Source: Centroscyllium fabricii (lineage: Eukaryota). From it: a stretch of 64,000 nucleotides of DNA. The stretch spans positions 868,001 to 932,000 of the forward strand of contig JBNRSN020000118.1 of NCBI GenBank assembly GCA_051313645.2, given 5' to 3'. The translations under genes were made by a program, and so were the position numbers. A model generated the notes under the pieces. The model was not told the origin of the DNA. It did not search any database and was given only the letters and a program-made list of their open reading frames with translations. This document shows positions 10,757-20,119 of this stretch, piece after piece (position 1 is the first letter of the stretch; each line of letters begins with the position of its first letter).

Positions 10757-10973
10757 GCTTGGAGCTACCCTCCGAACGAACATCTGCACAGGAATGAGGA
10801 GCCTCGGTCAGTCTCCACCTATAAGGGGCCTCACCTGGGGGAGGAGTTAGAGGTGTGGCTGACCTGGCTCCCAACATTATTACACGGGTTACAGGGCTGT
10901 GCCTTACATAAGCACAGCCCATTATTGGCACAATAATACAGTGGTAAATTCAGTACATAACATGGTTACCACA
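10684..10973 (-). repeat. 5' LTR of element C (290 bp)
   Basis: TGTGGTAACC...TACGTCA on the minus strand; homologous to the B LTR. Confidence 0.92.
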
Positions 10974-12759
10974 TTAATATAAGGCCGTGTTCGGCCAGGC
11001 GGTTGAAAAGGGCCCTGAGATGGAGGAGGTGTTCCTGGGGGGAGGTGCTGGCCACGAGGATGTCGTCTAGGTAGACGAACGTGAACTGCAAGTCCCGTAG
11101 GACTGAGTCCATGAGGCGCTGGAAGGCCTGGGCCGCGTTTTTGAGTCCGAAGGGCATTCGGAGGAATTCAAATAAACCAAATGGGGTAATGACGGCTGTC
11201 TTAGGGACGTCCGCCGGGTGCACTGGTACCTGGTGGTAGCCCTGTACCAGGTCGATCTTGGAAAAGACCGTGCAGCCGGCTAGCCTTGCTGAGAAATCTT
11301 GGATGTGGGGTACGGGGTACCTGTCTGGGGTGGTGGCGTTGTTGAGGCGGCGGTCATCTCCGCAGGGGCGCCAGCCACCGCCGGGTTTGGGGGCAATGTG
11401 GAGGGGGGAGGCCCAGGGGCTGCTGGAGCAGCGGATTATGCCGAGTTGTTCCATGATGTGGAACTCGGTACGCGCGATCTCCAGCTTGGCCGGGTCCAGC
11501 CTGCGTGCGTGGGCATGGACTGGAGGGCCTGTGGTGGTGATGTGATGCTCCACCCCATGCTTGGCCGTGCGGGCTGTGAAGGTGGGGTTGGTGAGGGCTG
11601 GGAACTCCGCGAGCAGCGTGGCGTACGTGTCGGAGTTCCGGGCTCGGCAGTGGGACGCTGCGTGGGTCTGGTGTGCCGGCCCTGTGGAGCATGGGATGGT
11701 CGACATGTTGTGGATGTCGACCAGGCGGCGCCGGGTAACGTCGACCAGTAGGCCGTGGGCGCAGAGAAAGTCGGCCCCGAGTAGGGCTATTTTGAATTGG
11801 GCTGTGATAAAGTCCCACTTGTACGTGTGGCCTGCTAGCTTGATGGTATGCTGGCGGGTGCCGAACGTAACTATCTCGGAGCCGTTTGCGGTTTCAAGTG
11901 GTGGGCCTTGGGTGCCTTGATTGGTTTCTGCGGGGTAGGCTGGCACAATGCTGTGCTGCGCGCCTGTGTTGCAGAGGAAGCGGAGGCCTGAGCCGCTGTC
12001 CGTGACGAAGAGCAGTGCTCCAGAGCGGCCTACGGACATTGTGGGGCTTGGGCTGGTTTGGGGTTTGAAGGTGCAGGGCTGGACGCAGCGCTGCGCTTTA
12101 GCTTCAAACCTGGTGTGGTAGTAGCACCAGCCGGGGCTTGTGGTGCGTGGCTTTTTGTGGGTCCGCACCGGTCTGGGTTGGGACCTGGGGCCGGGCCTGG
12201 GGTGCGCGTAGTACTGCTCCGGTGGAGCAGCCGTGGGTTGGCACGTGGCGGCTCGGGTGCGCTCGGCCCTCATCAGCTTGTCGGCCTCCTGAGCCAGTTG
12301 CTCCTTGGTATAGTGCTCAAGGACCGTCAGAGCCGGTCTGACGGAGGGAGGCAGTTTAAGGAGGAACAAGGCGCGCTTAATGGTGGCCGGGCCGCAGTTG
12401 AGCGCTTCAAATTGGGCCCAGAGGTCCGATGGGTCTGCGTCCCCGAGTTCGGGGAGGTTAATGAGCTGGCAGTCATGATCAAATTGGGTGGGGGTGAATT
12501 TTTGTAGCAGCACGGCCTTAAGCGTTTCGTATCTGCCAGCAGTTGGTTCTTGCTGTATCGATGACCACATTCGGTCGATCGTGGGCTGTGAAAGGGCCGC
12601 GAAGAGCAGGCTGTATCGATCATCACCTTGTACGCCATGGATGCGGTAGGTGTTCTCTGTGTTGAGGAACCAGGCCGCTGGACGGAGTTCCCAGAACTCT
12701 GGTAAGTTTGGGATTTGGCCCCGTCTGTGGAGTCGTGCTGTTTGGCTCCCTGCTGGCAT
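10974..12759 (-). pseudogene. gag-pol: Element D gag-pol 5' part, interrupted by C; protease catalytic D changed to N (FLCNTGA)
   Basis: ORF 10966-12759 with WCYYHTRF, YLDD; its last codons come from the C LTR. Confidence 0.9.
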
Positions 12760-12855
12760 GGTGGTTGTGATTCAACTGAGGCAGCTTGGCCCTCAGTCCT
12801 GCAGCGACTGCTTCATTGTTCCCTTGGAATTCGTTCCAAGTATCGAGGTCACCAC

Positions 12856-13136
12856 TGTAGAGGCATGCAGGCCTGAAGAACCACGCTGGACACAGAAGAT
12901 TCGGAAAACAATCATTTAATATTAACTCAGCTATGGCCAGGTAACGAAAAGAGAGTGAGCCACCTGGAACCGAGGTATTTAAAGGACCCGCGGTTGGTGA
13001 CGTCACTGCCGGGTGTCCACCTGGCGATGTCATCACGCCGGAAGTCACGGTGACGTCATCACGCCGCCCGGCGGGTGGGGCCGTCTCGCAGTACTCCCGA
13101 GGCGGATTCGATGGTCCTGGTGGGCGTGTCGCCACA
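12856..13136 (-). repeat. 5' LTR of element D (281 bp)
   Basis: TGTGG...CTACA on the minus strand; homologous to the A LTR; TGACGTCA at 12998 and 13051. Confidence 0.88.
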
Positions 13137-13237
13137 ACAGCACCTTCAGCATCCAAAGTCTTTCAAAGTTGCTTTCTTTATTCTTTTGTAACACCCAGAA
13201 AAAACTCTAGAGAATTTTTGTTAAATTTTCAGACCTA

Positions 13238-13348
13238 TATAAGAACCTCAGTGGGCTATTCAGCCCCACGAGCCTATTCCGCCATTCAATTAGATTATGG
13301 CTGATCTGCACCCCACCTCCATCGAGCCAGCATTTCTCCATATCCCTG
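13238..13348 (-). mobile_element. CR1-type LINE 3' tail fragment, left piece (continues at 18277-18290 and 27174-27347)
   Basis: GGCTATTCAGCCCCACGAGCCTATTCCGCCATTCAATTAGATTATGGCTGATCT resembles the antisense CR1 tail common in shark genomes (from recall). It is also a degenerate reverse complement of 28900-28975 in this window. Confidence 0.65.
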
Positions 13349-13647
13349 TGTGGCAACCGTTATATGTACTCTTTTACCACCTTAATATTGTTGCCAATAT
13401 TATACCGTATGTATAGCGGCCGGGTGCATGATACACTGCTTTGTATTGCGACACTGTCGCGGGGTCAGGTCAGCCACACCTCTAACTCCTCCCCTCAGGT
13501 GAGTGCCTTATAGGTGGGGTCTGACCTGCCCCCATTCATTCTGTACCTGATGTTCAATCGGAGCATAGCTCCTTTGAAAGCTAATAAAAGCCTTTAGTTA
13601 AGGTAACTACGCGCCTTTAGTTTTATTAGACTATTGACGATACGTCA
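13349..13647 (+). repeat. 5' LTR of E (299 bp)
   Basis: Direct repeat of 17978-18276 with about 13 substitutions by manual comparison; TATA 13509, Inr TCATTCT 13536, AATAAA 13583. Confidence 0.95.
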
Positions 13648-13660
13648 ATTTTATTAGCTT
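13578..13660 (+). promoter_or_regulatory. E: LTR segment (13578-13589) complementary to the PBS-position sequence (13649-13660)
   Basis: AAGCTAATAAAA / TTTTATTAGCTT, a perfect 12 bp (13 bp with the 3' LTR copy). Confidence 0.85.
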
Positions 13661-13673
13661 AAAAAATTCTAAA

Positions 13674-16600
13674 ATGGAGAGCGGCGCTGTGAAACCCGAA
13701 AAGCTGGACATTAGTCCACAGGACCCAGCCGCCGCCAACACCTTCGACACTGGTTCGGCCTCGTCGAGGCCTACATGGAGGCCACCAAGGCGACAACTGA
13801 CGGGAACAAGCTACACTCACTTCCAGGATCTCCAGCCGGGTATTCTCCTTCATCCGTGATGCTAAGACGTACCCTGAAGCCGTGGAGAAACTGAGGAAAT
13901 GCTACGAGCGCCCGGTCCACTCAGTCTACACCAGACATGTGCTCGCGACCAGACCACAACTAGTGGGTGAGTCCAATGAACAATACCTGTTGGCGCTCCA
14001 AGCCCTTGTCCGGGCCTGTGACTGCAAACCACGGACGGCACAAGAGGAGGCGAATCTCCTCGTCCGGGACGCCTATGTAACGGGACTCAGGTCCGCAGAG
14101 GCCCGCCAGCGGCTGCTGGAAAAGGACACACTAACACTGGACGAGGCGATCTCCATCTCCAACGCTGTGGAGGGCGCGCGCCGCAGACTACAGGCGTACG
14201 GCGGCCAATACCGACATGCTACCTTCGACTCCTGGGCGGCCCCACACCGGGTAAAGACCCCCACAACGGCAGCGGCAGCTGCGAAGACACCGGCGGAGAA
14301 GAAATGCTATTTCTGCGGCCTGGGACTACACCCACGGGCGAGATGCCCCGCGAGGACCGCGACCTGCGAGAGGTGCTCGAAAAAGGGACACTACGCCAAG
14401 GCCTGCAAATCGGCCCCGGCGTCCAGCTCCAGGTACAACAGCGCGGCCTGCAAAAGCTCCAACACCGGCCCTTGGCCTCAGGTAAGCTGCAGCTGCAGCG
14501 CGACCCAGCGACGGTCCGGGGGTAGAGTACAAGCGCCCCCGTCTACCACCCTGATGCGGCAGAGGCCGGCCGCGCCCACGGCACGCCAAACTCGGCCACG
14601 GCCAGCCATGTGCGACCACCCAATGCCGGCATCTCGCCCAGCGTGGTCCGCTGCGTGCGAATCACGGGCACTGCCAACCCAGCCACCGCGGCCCGCTGCG
14701 TGCGAACCACGGGCACCACCACCGCGTCCACAGCGGCCCACCGCGTGCGAATCACGGACACCGCCATCTTGTCTGCAGCGGCCAGCCATGTGCGACCCCC
14801 CGGCGCCGCCATCTTGTCTTCAGCGGCCAGCCATTTGCGACTCTCCGGGGCCGCCATTTTGTCCCCAGCGGCCGGCCATGTGTGAACAACGGGCGCCGCC
14901 ATCTTGTGCACGGCCCCGGCCAGCGGAGGGCTCCCACACAAACACACACACTTCGGCCTCAGCCACAGTCGATCAGGCTAGGCCGCACACCCTATCAAAT
15001 TCCATGATGGTGATTAAAGTCAATGGTCATGCCACTAACTGCCTGTTCGACACCGGAAGCACAGAGAGCTTCATCCACCCCGATACAGAGTAGCGCTACG
15101 GACTGCAGATCCTGCCCACGCGCTACCAAGTCTCCCTTGCTTCACAGTCCCACACCGCGGACGTCACCGGCTACTGCTCCGTCACGCTCACAGTTAAGGG
15201 CTGCGTGTGCTGTAATTTTTAATTGTACATACTCAAGCAGTTGTGCGCCCCAGTCTTACTGGGACTGGATTTCCAGTGCCACCTTAAGAGCGTGACAATG
15301 GAGTTCGGCGGGACCCTGGCCCCCCTCACCGTCAGTAGCCGGGACAATCCCTTCCTAAAGCGGAGCCCGACTTGCGGCCTCTCCACCCTGAAAGTCGACC
15401 CCCCCTCACTGTTCGCCAACCTCGACCCCAACTGCAAGCCCATTGCTACTAAGAGTCGGCATTGCAGTGCAGGGGATCGGACATTTATCAGGTCGGAGGT
15501 CGGGCGTATGCTGAAGGAGGGGATAATTGAAGCCAGCACCAGCCCCTGGCGGGCTCAGGTCGTAGTGGTTAAGACTGGTGAGAAACAGCGGATGGTGATC
15601 GATTACACCCAGACCATTAACCGCTACACCGGGATCGACGCCTACCCCCTTCCCCGCATCTCGGAAATGGTTAACCAGATCACCCAGTACAATGTGTTCT
15701 CCACAATCGACTTTAAGTCGGCGTATCACCAACTCCCGATCCGGAAAGCCGACCGCCCGTACACCACCTTCGAGGCGAACGGTCGGCTCTACCACTTCCT
15801 CCGGGTCCCCTTCGGCGTGACCAACGGAATGTCGGTATTCCAGAGGGAGAAGGACCACATGGTTGACCAGAACGGGTTGCAGGCCACTTTCCCCTACCTG
15901 GACAACGTGACCATCTGCGGCCATGACCAGCAGGACCACGATGCCAACCTGGCCAAATTTCTCCACACAGCGAAACGGCTTGATCTCACGTACAATAAAG
16001 ATAAGTGCGTCTTTAGTACAGGTCGGCTCGCCATCCTCGGATACGTGCTGGAAAACGGGGTCCTCGGCCCCGACCCACAGCGTATGCGCCCCTTACAGGA
16101 ACTGCCCCTTCCTCACAACCCCAAAGCCCTGAAGAGATGTCTGGGATTTTACTTTTATTACGCGCAATGGGTTCCCCAGTTCGCGGATAAGGCCAGACCG
16201 CTCCTTAAGGCTGCCATCTTCCCCCTCTCGGTAGAAGCCCAAACGGCATTCGCCTGGATCAAGGAAGACATTATCAAGGCGACCATGCATGCCGTTGATG
16301 AATCCATCCCTTTCCAGGTGGAGAGTGACGGTTCGGACTTTGCCCTTGCTGCTACCCTGAATCAGGCAGGCAGGCACGTAGCATTTTTTACCCGCACCCT
16401 ACAGGGACCCGAAATTCGCCACTCTGCAGTGGAAAATGAGGCCCAGGCCATCGTGGTGGCCGTGCGCTACTGGCGTCATTAACTGGCCGGTAAGCGTTTT
16501 ACCCTGCTCACCGACCAACGGTCGGTCACGTTTATGTTTAATAATAAACAAAAGGGTAAAATCAAGAATGATAAGATCCTGCGGTGGCGGATCGAGGTCT

Positions 16601-17958
16601 CGACTTACGAGTACGACATTCTTTACCGACCAGGCAAACTCAATGAACCCCCGGACGCACTGTCCAGGGGAACGTGCGCCAGTGCCCACCTAGACCGGCT
16701 GAAGGAACTCCACGATCGCCTCTGCCACCCGGGTGTCACCAGAATTGCCCACTTAGTTAAATCCCATAGCCTCCCCTACTCCATCACAGAGATCAAGGCT
16801 ATGACCTGAGAGTGCCCTGTTTGCGCCGAGTGCAAACCCCAATTTTTCAGGCCAGACACGGCGCGCCTCATTAAGGCCACCCGCCCCTTTGAACATCTAA
16901 GCGTGGACTTCAAAAGGCCCTCTCCCCTCCACCGACCGCAACTCGTACTTCCTCACGGTCGTTGACGAATTCTCCCGCTTCCCCTTCGCCTTCCCCTGCC
17001 CAGATATGATGAGCGCAACGGTGATCAAACACTTCACCACGCTGTTCGCCATTTTCGGTCTCCCCAGCTACATCCATAGCGACCGGTACCGTCGTTCATG
17101 AGCGACGAACTGCATCAGTTTCTGCTCCAGAAAGGGGTTGCCTCGAGCAGAACGACCAGTTACAACCCCTGGGGGAACGGCCAGGTAGAAAGGGAGAACG
17201 GGATCATCTGGAAGACGGTCAGCCTGGCTCTGAAGTCCAGAGGCCTTCCAGTGTCCCGTTGGCAGGCAGTCCTCCCTGATGCGCTGCACTCGATTCGCTC
17301 TCTGTTGTGTACGGCCACCAACGCCACACCTCACGATTTACTCTTTTCCTTCCCCAGGAAGTCGACTTCGGGGACAGCCCTTCCACCATGGCTCACGATT
17401 CCGGGGCCGGTCTTGCTTAGGAAGCATGTTCGCGGCCATAAGACCGACCCCCTGGTAGACAAGGTGCAGCTGCTGCACGCCAACCTGCAGTACGCGTATG
17501 TGCAGTTCCTGGACGGGCGCGAGGACACCGTCTCCATCAGGGACCTAGCACCCGCCGGGAGCACCGCAGCAGAGCCCTTAGTCGGGCCCCAGCCTGTCCA
17601 GCCACTGCATTTCGACCACCTCCAACCACTACATCTCGACCACTGGCCGATACACCACCCACAACCCACCGGAGGCTGGCCGTTACCATCATACACATCG
17701 GAGCCCCCACCATTGCCAGCTGCGGACCAGGAACCGGACGACGAGCCGCAGGCACAGCAGCAACCGCAGGGCTCGGCCTCACCACCACCACCAGCACCTA
17801 CAGTACCGGCGCCAGCGCCGCCGCCACCACCGACACCAGCGCCGCCGACACTGCAGGCACCAGAGCCGCTGACAGAGACCTGGCGTTCCTCCAGACAGAC
17901 GCGACCGCCGGATAAACTCATCATGAACTGCTCTGTCCATTCACCCCGCCGGACTTAA
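13674..17958 (+). pseudogene. gag-pol: Element E gag-pol, disrupted by several stops and frameshifts
   Basis: Pieces 13674-13859, 13882-15093, 15223-16482, 16534-16809 and 17098-17958; stops at 15091, 16480 and 16807. Confidence 0.92.
14605..14919 (+). repeat. ~7 x 45-bp (15-aa) coding minisatellite in E gag-PR linker
   Basis: AACESRALPTQPPRP / AMCDPPAPPSCLQRP-type units. Confidence 0.85.
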
Positions 17959-17977
17959 TTTTCAAAGAAGGGGTGAA

Positions 17978-18276
17978 TGTGGTAACCGTTATATGTACTC
18001 TTTTACCACCTTAATATTGTTGCCAATATTACACCGTATGTATAGCGGCTGGGTGCATGATTCACTGCTTTGTATTGTGACACTGTCGCGGGGTCAGGTC
18101 AGCCACACCTCTAACTCCTCCCCTCAGGTGAGTGCCTTATAGGTGGGGTCTAACCTGCCCCCATTCATTCTGTACCTGATGTTCGATCGGAGCGTAGCTC
18201 CATTGTAAGCTAATAAAAGCCTTTAGTTAAGGTAACTATGCATCTTTAGTTTTATTAGACTATTGACGATACGTCA
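17978..18276 (+). repeat. 3' LTR of E (299 bp)
   Basis: TGTGGTAACC...TACGTCA, preceded by PPT, followed by TSD. Confidence 0.95.
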
Positions 18277-18290
18277 CCCTGGATACCCTT

Positions 18291-18557
18291 TGATACCTTA
18301 TCAATAACCTCAGAAACGAGAAGTTACGTGATGAATAAAGGCTTTTATTCGCTAAGACTTGGGCATGCCCCAGCTAGTCGACTGCTCCCGGAATGATCGG
18401 GGGGAGGGAGACAGTTACCTTTATACCTGGTCCTGGGAGGAGGAGTCACAGGCGGAGTCAGCACAGGCATGCCCAGACAAGTAGTACACAGAGAACTATA
18501 TACACAATGCTACAGGCCATAGATATGATACAAATATATACATAGTGGTTTACCACA
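18291..18557 (-). repeat. 3' LTR of G (267 bp)
   Basis: Direct repeat of 26907-27173 (about 11 substitutions and 2 indels); adjacent PPT AACAAGGGGTGAA. Confidence 0.95.
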
Positions 18558-18599
18558 TTCACCCCTTGTTAAAAAATAAAGTCCGGCGGGGCAAATGCT

Positions 18600-19875
18600 A
18601 TGCAATCGCTAAATGTTAAGTCTGTCGGGCGGCCTGGTCTGCCTTGTCGAGCGGCGCACCATTGGCGGTGGAGTCGGCGGGCACACCGGTGGTGGTGGAG
18701 TCGGCGACGGCGGGGTCAGCGAGAGCATTTGATCCGATGCGGGGCCCCTTGCGGTAACAATCACTGGCGTGCTCTACCATTCGTCATTCGGCTGGCGGCT
18801 GCATAGGTTAGGGGGCCATACCATGCTGCCTGCAGGTGCTGGGTGGGCGTACCGTGGTGCTGGTGCCTCAAAGGTGGCGATAGGCGGTGGGGGGGGGGTG
18901 CAAGCTGATGGGTCGTACTGGTCTCGGGGGCACCCGAGGGTGCCAGGTCCTTGATGGACACCGTATCCTCCCTCCCGTCAGGCTACGCCACGTAGGCGTA
19001 CTGGGGATTGGAGTGCAGGAGGTGGACCCGTTCGACCAGGGGGTCCGACTTATGGCCCCCCACATGCTTCCGGAGCAGGACGGGTCCTGGGGACGATAGC
19101 CATGATGGCAGCGAGGTCCCTGAAGCCGACTTCCTGGGGAAGGCAAAAAGGCGCTCGTGAGGGGTGGCGTTAGTGGCCGTACATAAAAGTGATCAAATGG
19201 AGTGGAGCACTTCGGGGATGACGTCCTGCCAGCGGGAGACTGGGAGGCCTTTAGACTGTAGGGCTAAAAGGATGGCCTTCCAGACAGTGGCGTTCTCCCT
19301 CTGTACCTCTCCGTTCCCCCGGGGGTTATAGCTGGTAGTCCTGCTCGTGGCGATGCCCTTGGCTAGCAGAAACTGAAGCAGCTCGTCACTCATAAAAGAG
19401 GCCCCCCGGTCGCTATGGATGTAGCTGGGGTAGCCGAACAGGGAGAAGATGCTGTGCACTGCCTTGATGACCGTGGAGGAGGTCATGTCCGGGCAGGGGA
19501 TGGCGAAGGGGAAACGCGAGTACTCGTCAATGACATTTAAAAAGTACGCGTTGCGGTTAGAGGAGGGGAGGGGCCCTTTAAATTCGACACTGAGTCGCTC
19601 AAAGGGGCAGGTGGCCTTAATCAGATGTGCCCGGTCCGGCAGAAAGAAGTGCGGCTTGCACTCTGCACAGACCCGGCAGTTCTTGGTCATGGTTCTGACC
19701 TCTTCGATGGAGTAGGACAGGTTGCAGGACTTGATAAAGTGAACGAACCTGGTAACCCCCGGGTGGCAGAGGTTGTTGTGCAGGGTCTGGAGACGGTCCA
19801 CTTGTGCGCTGGCACATGTACCATGGGACAGGGCATCTGGGGGTTCATTTAAATTCCCGGGCCGGTACAAGATAT
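18600..19875 (-). pseudogene. pol: Element G integrase portion, disrupted
   Basis: ORF 19193-19870 (LHNNLCHPG...CRVCAECK, IHSDRG); premature TGA at 19193; catalytic D appears as E in SVEFKGP; left end approximate. Confidence 0.88.
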
Positions 19876-20119
19876 TGTAGCGCCGGCAGGCCTAGGAACC
19901 ACACATGAGCCAGAGCTAGAGAAAACACAGCTTTATTACACCAAGTAAAACAAGAAAAAGAGTGAACCACTCGCAGCAATCGTATTTAAACAGTCCCGCG
20001 GTTGGTGACGTCATCGCGTCGGCTGACGTGGTGACGTCGTCGCGTCACCCGGATGAGCGGGGCTTTGCTCCGCAGAGTCCCCGTGGTGGATTCGATGTCT
20101 CATTGGGCGTGCCGCCACA
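19876..20119 (-). repeat. 3' LTR of F (244 bp)
   Basis: Direct repeat of 24076-24319, about 11 substitutions. Confidence 0.95.

Larger units (their letters stand above)
7062..10973 (-). mobile_element. Element C: Mag-like Ty3/Gypsy LTR retrotransposon (5' LTR to integrase tail); inserted into the RT of D
   Basis: 5' LTR 10684-10973, 813-aa gag-PR-RT ORF with CYFC..H..C and CERC..GH..C knuckles, integrase pieces. Right flank resumes D's RT (TTAATATAAGGCC, as in A at 1733-1746). Confidence 0.93.
10974..13136 (-). mobile_element. Element D: CsRn1-like Ty3/Gypsy LTR retrotransposon, 5' part (LTR-gag-PR-RT); outermost member of the nest
   Basis: LTR 12856-13136, PBS TGGTGACCTCGA (12843-12854), ORF highly similar to A, cut after HGLIL by the C LTR. 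Confidence 0.93.
13349..18276 (+). mobile_element. Element E: full-length Mag-like Ty3/Gypsy LTR retrotransposon (4,928 bp) with 5-bp TSD CCCTG
   Basis: Two 299-bp LTRs, TSD CCCTG at 13344-13348 and 18277-18281, PPT 17964-17977, gag-PR-RT-RH-IN. Confidence 0.96.

Noticed and set aside
13547-13580. Possible hammerhead in the E LTR (CTGATG...hairpin...GAAA)
   Set aside because: The core reads CTGATGT, not CTGANGA, and GAAA is absent from the 3' LTR copy and from B and C
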